A stretch of 35,502 bases of DNA. It comes from Octopus sinensis. Taxonomy: Eukaryota. The notes beneath the pieces are model-generated. The model was not told where the DNA came from, made no database searches, and saw only the letters and a program-made list of their open reading frames with translations. Made by a program: the position numbers and the translations under genes. Below are positions 21,318 through 32,879 of the stretch, one piece after another. Location: assembly GCF_006345805.1 (NCBI RefSeq), contig NW_021832703.1, positions 1-35,502 on the forward strand, given 5' to 3'. The stretch's first letter is position 1, and each line of letters starts with the position of its first letter.

Positions 21318-21969
21318 AGGAGGAGGAGGAGGAGGAAGAAGAAGAAGAAGATGAAGAGAAGGAAAAGAAGAAGTAGTAGTACTAGTAGTAGAAGAAGAAG
21401 AAGAAGAAGAAGAAGAAGACAAAAAGAAGAAGAAAAAGAAGAAAAAAAAGAAGAAAAAAAGAAAAGAAGAAGAAGAAAGAAGAAGAAGAAGAAGAAGACG
21501 AAGAAGAAGAAAATAAAAGAAGAAGAGAAAAGAAAAAGAGAAGAAAAAGAAAGAAAAAGAGAAGAAGAAAAGAAGAAGAAAGAAGAAGAAGAAAAGAAAA
21601 AGGAGAAGAAGAAGAAAGAAGAAGAAAAGAAAGAAAAAGAAGAAGAAGAAGACGAAGAAGAAAAAGAAGAAAAAGAAAAGAAGAAAAGAAAAAGAAGAAA
21701 AGGAAGAAAAGAAAAGAAGAAGAAGAAGAAGAAAAGAAGAAGAAGAAAAAGAAAAGAAGAAGAAGAAAAAGAAGAAAGAAAAAGAAGAAGAGAAGAAGAA
21801 AAGAAAAAAGAAAAAAAGAAAGTAAAAGAAGAAGAAGAAGAAGAAAAAGAAGAAAAAGAAGAAGAAGAGAAGAAGAAGAAGAGGAAGAAGAAGAAAAAGA
21901 AGAAGAAGAAGAAGAAGAAGAAGAAGAAGAAGAAGAAGAAGAAGAAGAAGAAGAAGAAGAAGAAGAAGA
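21318..21969. repeat. ~650-bp (GAA/AAA)n purine tract
   Basis: Almost exclusively A/G on the + strand. Confidence 0.97.
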
Positions 21970-22140
21970 CAAGCCGTCAATAATTGCTACGAATACAAGA
22001 ACACAAACAACTAAGAGAACCGCGACAATGACAACAACATTAACAAGATCTGACAAGTCTCGATGCAATTCTGTTTGTTAAGTAATTCGGATTATGTACT
22101 CAGGCCACACCAAATACTACATTTAAATAAAATGTAGTAA

Positions 22141-22358
22141 ATATTCTTTTCTCCTCTAGACACAAAGCCCGGAATTTTGGGGGAGGTGGTCAGTCGATTA
22201 GATCGACCCCAGTACATAACTTGTACTTAATTTATCGACCCCGAAAGGATGAAAGTCAAAGTCGACTTCGGTGGAATTTGAACTCGGAACGTAAAGACAG
22301 ACGAAAGACCGTTAAGCATTTCGCCCGGTGTGCTAATGTTTCTGCCAGCTTGCCGCCT
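22141..22358 (-). mobile_element. SINE family A, short-tail subfamily, full length
   Basis: Reverse complement from head (GCCAGCTTGCCGCC) to tail TCTAGACACAAAGCCCGGAATTTTGGGGGAGG. Confidence 0.9.
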
Positions 22359-22371
22359 TCTTTATATTAAA

Positions 22372-22763
22372 CTAGCAGTATCGCCCGGCGTTGCTCGGGT
22401 TTGTAAGGGAAATAACTATATAAGCATTTTTAGAGATGTAAAGTATAATAGCCATCTCAATATGGCCAACCACAAAGGGGGGTGTTACTGTAGCTTTTTA
22501 CGTTCTGAGATTTAATACTAAATTTTTAGAGAGTTACTTCCCTTATATATGCCAAAAATGCATTAAAAAATGGGAAAAATTGATGGTAATTTTTTTTTAA
22601 ATCGTAGACTCATCGTAGACGCGCACTAATACCCAGAAGGGCTCGATATGAATCACGACTATAAGATACCCGCTTTTGGTTAAACTGCACCACAAAATGT
22701 GGGAGTAGTTAGGAATCTAAATCGTAGGAGACAGACACACAACTTCACTTTTATATATAAAGA
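22372..22763 (-). mobile_element. Short non-autonomous Helitron (392 bp), same family as 7518-8352
   Basis: Canonical A|TC...CTAG|T termini with 3' hairpin CCCGAGCAACGCCGGG. 22510-22763 aligns to 8110-8352. Confidence 0.92.
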
Positions 22764-22851
22764 TATTGTCAAACATCTAGCTGTGACTAGGTCAATAGTC
22801 AGGTAAAAATACCAACTGAAATCTTCATATGAATTAAAGAAACAGATTATC

Positions 22852-23073
22852 TATGTTTAAGCCTGCCAGTTTTTCTATCGTCCTTTTTTACCGAACCGCT
22901 AAGTTACGGGGACGTAAACGCACCAACACCGTGTCAAGCGGTGGTGTGGGACAAATCACAAATACAACACAAATAATGATACACAAATGCATAAAAGACA
23001 TATATACGCACGCACACATGGACATACGTGTGGTTCGTAAGCAAGCTACTTACCAGACAGCCACTCCTACGCC
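22852..23073 (-). mobile_element. SINE family B with internal deletion
   Basis: Head GGCGTAGGAGTGGCTGTCTGGTAAGTAGCTTGC joined to the 3' half (CGTCCCCGTAACTTAGCGGTTCGGTAAAA). The core is missing. Confidence 0.8.
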
Positions 23074-23093
23074 CTAAAGACAGACGAACTACC

Positions 23094-23323
23094 TATTTCT
23101 TTATTACCCACAAGGGGCTAAACACAGAGGGGACAAACAAGGACAGACATAGGTATTAAGTCGATTACATCGACCCCAGTGCGTAACTGATACTTAATTT
23201 ATCGACCCCGAAAGGATGAAAGGCAAAGTCGACCTCGGCGGAATTTGAACTCACAACGTAACGCAGACGAAATACCGCTAAGCATTTCGCCCGGCGCGCT
23301 AACGTTTCTGCCAGCTCGCCGCC
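23094..23323 (-). mobile_element. SINE family A, full length, low divergence
   Basis: Complete head-to-tail match. A ~20-bp head segment is duplicated at 23323-23342. Confidence 0.92.
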
Positions 23324-24899
23324 CGGCGCGCTAATGTTTCTGTCATATACATATACACACACACACACATGCATACATATATACATACAAACATACATAT
23401 TTCCATATATATATATATGTAGGAGATACGAAGATATAAATGATTCAGTAACATCTTGAGCGCTTGTCTCCTTTTCCTATTTTTCTCCTAAATACGTCTT
23501 GCTTGTCCCTGGATTCAAATCCCATACAAGTGTGTCCGTTGTTTCCTAAGACACTGAAGCAACATTTAGCTACCTTGGTTTTTTTTATACGATGCCGCAT
23601 TTTATGATCCTAAGCTTAAAGCTTATGGCACTCAATGTGCAATGACTAAAGAAAACACGTGAGTTTGGAAAGTTGTACAACAAAAGCGTTTACACATAAA
23701 ATGCTCACTACACGATATCGTCTTCCAAAAGAGTGGCGAAATTCTTTCATCTAGTCTAATAAAGGGGCATATAAGCCCTCGACAGTAAAAAAAAAAGGCC
23801 TTCCTATCCGCATGGGACTCGAACCCACACCCCTTTGTTAATGTGACTGTTTCTATATATAGATATAGATATATAAATTTTGGTATTATATATTCAACGT
23901 TACAGGTGTTTCATTTGCTAATAGGAGATACAAAATTGTTCGTGAAGGAAAAACATGTAAGCTGTAAGAAATATGCATGACTCACACAATTACAATAGCT
24001 ACAATCTCAATTATGAAGTACTGGAATATGCAGATGTACTTCACGAGGACACACACGCTCGCACATAGATATATATATATATATACTTTTGCGGGAAATG
24101 CTTCAGTGGTTGATTTGCGATCTTAACACTTTTGTATAATGTATTCCGTACAGGTTGGACATGGAATCAAGCATTATCTTAAAAAAGAAAGAGAAACCTC
24201 ACTTTATATGTATGCCTTCAATACTACTGACGTGTGAGGCAGGAAGTAGGATGATCGTATCACGATTGGATATGAGACGTTTTGGCACAGCTGTCGTGCC
24301 GCCGCCTGTCGTGAACCGCTGACGTATTTGACAGGAGACATTGTAAAGCTCCCCTCTCTTCTCTTTCTATCATTCTATCAATCGATCTATCTCCCGTCTC
24401 TCTCTCCCCTCTCTCCCTTCTCTCTCTCCTCTCTTTTTCTTTCTTTCTCTTTCTCTCTCTTTCCCTCTATCATTCTATATATCGATCTATCTCCCTATCT
24501 CTCCCGTCTCTCGCTCCCCTCTCCCTCACCCCACTCTCTCTCTCTCCTCTCTCTCTCTGAGCACTTAGCTATGTTTGAATGTATAGCTCTCTCCTTTCTC
24601 AGTCTTTCTATCCGAACCTATATATTTCTTCGCGCACGCGTGTGTATGCGTGTTTGCCTCTAGTGATAAGACGTATTACTGCCATAACAGATTGAATAGA
24701 AACGCAAAGTCGTACGATTTAATGAATATGCTTCGATTTAAGTGGTTTTATTCTTATGCAACCTCTTTAGATAAATACAGAGGTGTGTTTATCAATAACT
24801 ACCTTTAGAATCATGACAAACGTACCAAACATAGTTCTTTAGTACACAATTTAACTTTCAGATGCAAACATACGCACACACGCACAGACAGACAGCTAG

Positions 24900-25066
<167 letters not shown>

Positions 25067-25067
25067 C

Positions 25068-25300
25068 TTTCTTTATTGGCCACACAGGGCTGAACACAGA
25101 GGGGACAAATAGAAATGTAGAGCTTTCCTTTTCGAAAATGAAAAAGAAAAAAGAAAAAAAGAGAACAAATGTAAAATGGGATCGGAAAAAAAAGCGATCA
25201 AAAGGGATCGTGATTCACAGAAGTAATTTTTAAAAAGTAAGAGTCAAAATTAGGTTTATCTGTGGAATGAAAAGCCTACGGAAAAGACCACGGTAACCTC
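25068..25300 (-). mobile_element. 3' end of an unclassified retroelement sharing the SINE-A tail (putative partner LINE)
   Basis: Minus strand TTTGTCCCCTCTGTGTTCAGCCCTGTGTGGCCAATAAAGAAA matches the SINE-A tail at 38/42 nt, then (TATC)n. The upstream sequence is not SINE-like. Confidence 0.5.
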
Positions 25301-25411
25301 AGGCAGGGAGGAAACAAACACATGAGAGCAAAGTGCTCTCTCTCCCTCTTTTTACGATTTACAGGATCATGCTCAAAGTGGTTTCGTCGCTCGCACGCAC
25401 CATCTTTGCTA

Positions 25412-25419
25412 CAGATAGG

Positions 25420-25454
<35 letters not shown>

Positions 25455-25455
25455 T

Positions 25456-25528
<73 letters not shown>
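25412..25528. repeat. (AGAT)n microsatellite
   Basis: Read directly. Confidence 0.98.
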
Positions 25529-25529
<1 letters not shown>

Positions 25530-25853
25530 CAGGCGTGAGGAGGGGATTTTATGCAAGGAAAGGCACAAGGGGAGGTCGATTAAATAAACGCGCGGAGATA
25601 CGTTAAGATTTTACCGAACTGGTTGTTGATGATCAGATTACCATAATCTCCTGGAATGTTATACGTTACTCATATTTTAATTTCACTAGAGCAGATGTAC
25701 ACGCGCCGAGTTCAAATTCTGGTCTGAAATCAATTCCTTTTCCATTTCGTCATTGAAACTCTGGAGAAAGTGATATATATAACATCATCGCATACATTTT
25801 TTGTTCTTGATTCTCCGCAAATGCATTGTCATAACCAAATAACCCAGGAACTA

Positions 25854-26418
25854 TTGGGTTGTCCGAAAGTTCGTGCTGATTTATAGTAGCTTACCTTTCG
25901 ACTTATTTTAGAACAGGGTTGAGTCCATAAAATAGGATTTGACTACACCTCCATTTAGAGCACAGTTTAAGCTATCTTTTCGTGGAAGAAGATTTATGTT
26001 CCTATAACCTGTGTTAATTCTGTAACCCTTTAAAATGTAAGATAAAAAAGTTCATTTTCGGCACTTGACGTTTTGGGAATCAGACAAAAATTGCTGCAGC
26101 TCGGCTGGGATGTGTTACCCCACCCTCCATATTCACCAGATATTGCTCCTTCGGATTTCCACTTATTCAGGTTTCTACAGAATAGTCTTAATGGTAAAAA
26201 TTTCAATTCCATGGATGACGTAAAAGGATACCTGGATGACTTCTTTGCCATGAAACCACCTCAATTCTGGGAAAAGGGTATTTTCAAGTTAAAGGAAAGA
26301 TGGAGAGGCATTGTGCAACAAAATGGTTCATATTTGCTTGATTAAAAATGTAATGGCAAGTATTTATTGACCTTTTTCTTTCCTTTAAAAATTGGCACGA
26401 ACTTTCCGGACAACCCAA
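25854..26418 (+). mobile_element. Internally deleted mariner (mellifera-like), 565 bp
   Basis: TA TSDs and TIR TTGGGTTGTCCG(G)AAAGTTCGTGC. The N-terminus M*DKKVHFRH is fused to an intact C-terminus RQKLLQLGWDVLPHPPYSPDIAPSDFHLFRFLQNSLNGKNF..ERWRGIVQQNGSYLLD* (YSPD(L/I)APSD motif). Confidence 0.95.
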
Positions 26419-27050
26419 TACTTTAGATAATGCAGTAGGTCAAGATCAGTTGTTGTTGAATCAGAAAAGACGGAGGTCGTCATTTTACTTTACTAAGAAC
26501 ACTAATTTCCTCCGGGTAAACTCCGACGTCACGCCATCTTTACATCTTCCTAATTTCCCGTACGTTTCTGATGCTTGGTGTGTATATAATTAAGCCAGGA
26601 TGAATCTAACTAGAAGTCGAGACACTAACAAGGTTTAATTATCACAATTAACTTCTGCTGCGCCTTGGGAAAATCCTGGATGTCGCACCATATACCATAT
26701 AGGGTCTAGTGACTAATCAACTGCTAATCAACGTTTTACTTGTGTGGTGTATATGACTAAAATGGTGGCCAACGGAACGAAATGCATTATGGGAATTAGG
26801 TTTTACCGTGTCGCTTTTGAGTCCGAATAATTGTTGGAGACGAGATTTCGTTAGTTGAATGAATTGCAATAACAATTGTATGTCTTGAATTTTAAGTTTA
26901 AGATATATGAAATGATCAATTTGAAGAAATTCATGAAGGAGATTAAATAAAGTTGTGAAACTGCGGTGGGTAACAAATACAGACAAATACAGACACGAAG
27001 ACAAATGCACAGACACACACAGACAGACAGACAGACAGACACACACACAC

Positions 27051-27085
<35 letters not shown>

Positions 27086-27119
27086 ACACACGCACATACA
27101 CACACACATATATATACCC

Positions 27120-28345
27120 CACTACCCTAGTTCTCCAACGTACCATTCTCCGAGCCTTCCGGCAACTTCAGTCCGACTCCTCCACTTCGCACCTAACCAA
27201 CCCCTCCACTTCGCACCTAACCGACCCCTCCCCTCCTTCAAATGAGCCCACAATCTACGAGACCACTTGGTCCACAGCTTCTTCCCTAACCCAACCTCCT
27301 AATCCGGCTCGTTCTCCTGCCCCCCCCCCACGCTGCTGCACTTGCCCTTACCTCTCCAACACCACCCTCCTCACAGACACCCATCATCGATCCTATCATA
27401 TCACTGACTCCACCTGCACTTATAGCAACGTAATCTACTGCATCTCCTGCTCACCCTGTCCTTCTCTATACATCGGTCAAACGGGATGCCATTAGCTGAC
27501 CGGTTCGCGGAACACCTCCGAGACATCAGATTCGGCAACGATACCACGGTCTCTACCGGCCACTCTTTACAACACCTGTCTCTGTTTGGATTGTCCTTGC
27601 ACTGGGTCATCCGGACTCCCGTCTTCGCCGTGAGCAGGGATTAATCTTCTCTCTCGCTCCTTTGCGCCACATGGCCTCAAGTCTCCTCTCCTCTTCATCT
27701 AACCCTCCTCCTCTCTCCTCTCTTCCTTTCACACATACTTTCTCCTACCCACGTCTCCTCTCTTCCTCTGGCACCTACTTTCTCACTTCACTCCTACCCA
27801 CCATCTCCCTTCCACCCTCTCCATTCATCGTCACCCATCCCTCGTTACCCCACACTACACATTCCAACCCCACCCTACACATTCCAACCCCACCATTCCT
27901 ATACATCCCATCCCACCCCATCCCTTAGACCCCATCCTTGCTTCCCTCACTCTCGCCTTCATCACACCACAACACCACCACACCAAACCACACACCACCA
28001 CACCACACACCACCATACCAAACCACACTTCATCACACCACCCCGCACACGCCATCATCCACACACCTACACATCCACACACGCACACGTCATGATCAAC
28101 CCTCTTCCACACACACATAGACGCTCTCACATACACATGCACGCGCACTTTCGTTTTGGTATAACCACTACTTTATTATCTCCTCTTCTTCCTAGCTCTC
28201 CTGTGTGACACCTCTGTCCGGCATTCACCATGATAGATCGCTAGCCACTAAACGTTTTTCTATTATTTCTCCCTGTTTATTTCTGCGTTCTTCTCTGTCG
28301 AAGAGCGTTAAACTAATACATTTGTCTTTTGTTTACACACTCGTA
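27120..28345 (+). mobile_element. Penelope-like element, 5'-truncated: RT-thumb/Cys linker, GIY-YIG endonuclease and 3' tail
   Basis: 27120-27702 translates, with frameshifts, LQRTILRAFRQLQSD..SFK*AHNLRDHLVHS..GSFSC..RCCTCPY..TCTYSNVIYCISCSPCPSLYIGQTG..ADRFAEHLRDIR..REQGLIFSL..APHGL. A C/T- and CA-rich UTR follows, then a tail homologous to 28845-29045. Confidence 0.88.
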
Positions 28346-28387
28346 TTCGACTTTTGTTTTTTTTTATATATCCTTACATATATATAC

Positions 28388-28788
28388 TCTTTTGCTTGTT
28401 TCGGCCATTTGACTGCGGCCATGCTGGAGCACCGCCTTTAGTCGAGCAAATCGACCCCGGGACTTATTCTTTGTAAGCCCAGTACTTATTCTATCGGTCT
28501 CTTTTGCCGAACCGCTAAGTGACGGGGATGTAAACACACCAGCATCGGTTGTCAAGCAATGCTAGGGGGGACAAACGCACACACACAAACACACACACAT
28601 ATATATATATATACATATATACGACGGGCTTCTTTCAGTTTCCCTCTACCAAATCCACTCACAAGACATTGGTCGGCCCGGGGCTATAGCAGAATACACT
28701 TGCCCAAGATGCCACGCAGTGGGACTGAACCCACCCGGAACCATGTGGTTGGTTAGCAAGCTACTTACCACACAGCCACTCCTGCACC
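28388..28788 (-). mobile_element. SINE family B, full length, same subfamily as 2592-2977
   Basis: Shares diagnostics GGGCTTACAAAGAATAAGTCCCGGGGTCGATTTGCTCGACTAAAGGCGG, CCCCCTAGCATTG and TAGCCCCGGGCCGACC. Confidence 0.93.
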
Positions 28789-28844
28789 TACATATATATA
28801 TATCCTTACATATATATATATATCCTTACATATATATATATATA

Positions 28845-29045
28845 AGAAATTTACAGAAGAAACAAAAGACGAAGACAAGTGTATAGACAACAGCAGGTGC
28901 ATTAGTTTGACGCTTGGAAAGATGAGAAAGTCTTTTACGTTTCGAGCCTACCTGCGTCCTACCTGCGTCCTACCTGCGTCCTTCAACCGAAAGGAACACG
29001 AGAATGAAAAAACAAAGAGAATGAAAAAACTTGCGGATTTAGCGG
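28845..29045 (-). mobile_element. Solo Penelope-type terminal segment with hammerhead-like motif
   Basis: Minus strand CTTT-CGGTTGAAG-[GACGCAGGTAG]x3-GCTC-GAAACGTA-AAAG. The flanks align with 28235-28345. Confidence 0.65.
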
Positions 29046-29288
29046 TCAATATATGTTAGTTATGGGATTCATTAGAATCGAGTCTCATCAGCACGTGGCA
29101 GATGTGATATAGTGAGACGTAGAACAACCATAAGTTATCATGTGCTGGTAGAGTTCTTCAGATATAAATATATATGTAAGTACCAAATACAATTTGAACT
29201 GTAGATCCGACTCAGAATTAGTTCTAGGTGCGGCTTAGGTATAAAAATACAAATGCGATTTAGAACTGAAATTCCATTTGTCTTCTTT

Positions 29289-29387
<99 letters not shown>

Positions 29388-29495
29388 TATGTATATATAT
29401 TTCCCTGAGCGTCTGCTAATACTTTGCATGCATCACGTCCTCACGTTGTTGTTTTTTCTTGTGTTCATTCTTCGTGTTTTAGGATTTACTATATA

Positions 29496-29543
<48 letters not shown>

Positions 29544-29546
29544 ATA

Positions 29547-31590
29547 TTTATTATTATTATTATTATTGAGTGAGCGAGCAGAGCATGCCATCAAAGTGAC
29601 ACTGGGGTAAAATATACGAAGCCCAGGCCTTTCTTCTTTCTGTGGCTGTCTTCAGTTACGGCTTTATTAATCATTAGTTGATCTTTACAGCCATATGAGC
29701 CCTTGCGGCAGCCTTTCTGCTCTTCTGGGAACAGTTTGTTTTCGTCCAGGTGCTTGTTCAGCCTTTGCGATATCACTGCAGTAAATGCCTTGAACATAGT
29801 AGGGAGGCAGGTTATTGGTCTGTAGTTTTCTGGTTTTGTTGTTTCATTTGATTTGGGAATTAAGATGGTTTTCCCCTCGTGAGCCATTCAGGCATTGTCT
29901 CTGGCTCTGCTAGTATGCTGTTAAAGTTTTCAGCCAGCTTTTTGTGCATTCCTGTTAGATATTCAACCAGAAGTTGGGGATCTTGTCATGCCCAGGTGCC
30001 TTCCAGTTGCTTAGTTTTTGCAGTGCCTGGGTGACCTCTTCAGTTGTTATGGGGGTCCAAGTTGTTCAGATGCCGAGTTTGTTATTTTCATACTACTTTT
30101 TTTTGGCTGTTCGTTCGCCGACCATATTTCTTTCCAGAATTCTTCCAATTCTTCTGCCGTTGGGTGCTGCAGTGACTTCTATTTTATTTTTGCCCAGTTC
30201 TTGGTAGAACTTTTTTGGGGTCGGAGTTGAACTTTTTGTTCTGTTCAAAGAAGCGTTGGCGTTTCTCGTACCGGCGGATCCTTTGAGCTTTGGCAAGGAT
30301 ATCTTGCTTCAGCTTTTCTCTTATCTCCGGCAAATCTTTTCCGTGATGTTATATTTGCGGAGCATTTTTGTTCTCTTTTTGTTGCTCAGTAGCGTTGCTG
30401 TTTGCTGATTTCATTAAGAATCGACAGGTCTTTTCTAATTTTTTTATTTTGTTTTGGATGTTATTTATCCACAGGGTTGTTTGGGTGGTGGTACTCCTGT
30501 TTGGGCGGGTTTGGGTGAGTATCCAGCTTCCTTTGTGGCTGCAGTGGCTGCTGCGTATATCAAGTCATTTAGTTCAGTGATATCACTTTTTTTGTTTCAG
30601 TGCTAGTTCAGTGACGGCTAGGTTTATGTTGTTTATAATTGGTGTTGTTATTGCGTTTATTTTTATTCTGGGGAGGTATGGTCGGTGGTCCATTTTGAGC
30701 TCTGTGGTTTTTAGTTCTTTGATTATTTTATTTTTATATTATCATAATCATTAGGCTCCCCTTCGTGTTTACATCGTGTTTGTTGGGAATGTTGCGTTTG
30801 TCTTCGTGTTTTACAGTTTCAGTGTTTATATTATTGGGCATTGTTGTGTGGCTTCTATCTACATTTCTCCTGTGTATTTTTTCTTTTAAATGTTCTATTT
30901 CTATTTCTGATATTTTTTTGGCTTTGAGATGTATCTTCGTACGTTAGCTAATTTATTAGGTTTCATTGCTGTATCCAAGTCTATACCTCTATTATTTTCC
31001 TTCCATATTTTATATGTATGTGTTGTATTTTCATTTTGTGGGTAGAGCATTGCTGTGAAGTATGCGTGTAAGATAGAAATGTATTCCTCACGTGTCCATT
31101 TACGTCTTTTGGGTTTTAATTGCGGGACATGAGGTACAACGTCCGGCCCATTATTTTGACAGTCGTCATTTTCGTAGGGTACCGGTCCGTTTATTCTGTT
31201 GTCACATTATTTCGCACGTGTAGTTTTTCGTACATTTTTTGTTGTAGGTTAATGTACGTACCGCTCGATTGTTATTCTTGGGTTGAATAGTATCGGTGGC
31301 CTTTAATTTCTTCGTAGTTCCTTTGTACATGGTGTTGAGGTCGGGGATGATCGTGTTGTTCCACGCATGTTTACATGTGTTGTGTTAGAGGTGGAGATAA
31401 TATCGAGTCAAAATACATCATTTCGTTTCGAAAATAGTAATAAATTTCAATTCGTATACTTACTCGGATATAGTCCAATTCTTGTTAGTAAATCTTTGGC
31501 TCCATAGGGTGTCCTTGTTTTCGATGTTTGTGGATAGATTTCGGAGCTCTGTATTTTCCTTCTTACATCTTAAACGTCCCCGGTGTCTTT
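29547..31590 (-). mobile_element. R4/Dong-clade non-LTR retrotransposon, internally deleted, embedded in (TAA)n
   Basis: N-terminal PKRRKWTREEYISILHAYF..NKLANVRRYI. RT start ALQKLSNWKAPGHDKIPNFW..PEWLTRGKTILIPK..NYRPITCLPTMFKAFT..EEQKGCRKGSYGCKDQLMINKAV. At ~29626 this is fused to a ~60-nt 3' end (..GATGGCATGCTCTGCTCGCTCACTC) + (AAT)n. Several frameshifts. The 5' boundary is approximate. Confidence 0.9.
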
Positions 31591-31613
31591 TCTTCTTCTT
31601 CTTCTTCTTCTTC

Positions 31614-31686
<73 letters not shown>
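31590..31686. repeat. (TTC)n(TTA)n compound microsatellite at the 5' flank of the R4/Dong element
   Basis: Read directly. Confidence 0.97.
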
Positions 31687-31687
<1 letters not shown>

Positions 31688-32879
31688 TCCAAATCTCTCA
31701 AAGAAAGACATTAAGTAACAGTTCTTTAAAATAGAGTCTATTTGCCAACATAATGTTGCTGTCCGCAAGAAACGTCGTTTCTAGGTGGCTATACGACACG
31801 CTATCTATGTCTTTATATTTCGAGCAAAGCAACATCTGTGGACTAGTTTATATATATAACTCGATATATATCAAAATATATCGACTGATGAATATATACA
31901 TGTATATAATAAATACACCCGCATATCTCTCTCTCCCTCCCCCTCTCTCTCTCCATATATATATATATATATATATATGCATGTTCACAATAATGCACAG
32001 CAGTTATCGGTAACAGTAGAATTTTATACACTTAACAATTTGTCGATATTTTTCAGACTTTTGAAATATGTTAAATAACAAAATGGACTTCCAGTATCGA
32101 AATAATCAAATGAGTATTTCAATGTTTGTCAAACACACCTCAGGCTTTTTCTTCAAATTTCCTTCCTTCTCCTCTCTCACTTTCTCTCATTCCTTCTCTC
32201 TTTTTTTTCTTTCATTCATTCTGCTTCGCTTATTCATTCCTCTCTCGTCTTATTTGTACCTATTTCTGTATTAGTCAAATTATACTAACGACCCACCTCC
32301 TGCCGTTTTACCGATTTTCCTGCCTATATCCATTAGTAATATTCCTTCGTCGCTATTTTCTCAATTTGAAATTGAAACTCGGAACTACATTTTTGCTTTT
32401 TTTTTTATTGTATTTTATCTTCTTTATTTATTTGTTTATCTTTTTTTATCTTTTGTATTGTATTTTATTTCTCTTTTTATTTTTATCTTCGGGCACATTG
32501 AGATGCAGATTCAGTTTCCATTAGTGACACGTTAGCACATTTGATCTTCAAAATACAAAATGAGATGCGATTGAGATTCAAGCACCGCAGGCATGTAGTG
32601 CGGTGCTATTGTTTGGTAAGCTTTTAGCACCAAAGAAAATTTATCGCAAAACACATATATGATTAGAAAACGTGCGTACGCCCAAACACACGCACACAAA
32701 CGCAAACAAATACGCACGTACACGGACGCATACTATCAGAAGTACATGCACATACAGAGACATAGAGATGCGTTGATATATATATACACGAACACACAAA
32801 AGAACACACACGCGCGCGCGTTCGAGCACTATCGGCACCATCACCATGTCACAGCAATACCGAAGGCTTAAAGGAACAG

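Noticed and set aside
20486-22068. Long poly-His, poly-Ser/Pro, poly-Lys/Glu and poly-Leu/Phe ORFs (also 32641-33651)
   Set aside because: Triplet repeats lacking stop codons stay open in several frames at once. There are no splice or start signals and no complex sequence.
24225-24330. GC/CpG-richer patch with two TGACGT (CRE-like) motifs
   Set aside because: Six-mers are expected by chance in 35 kb. No TSS or other promoter evidence.
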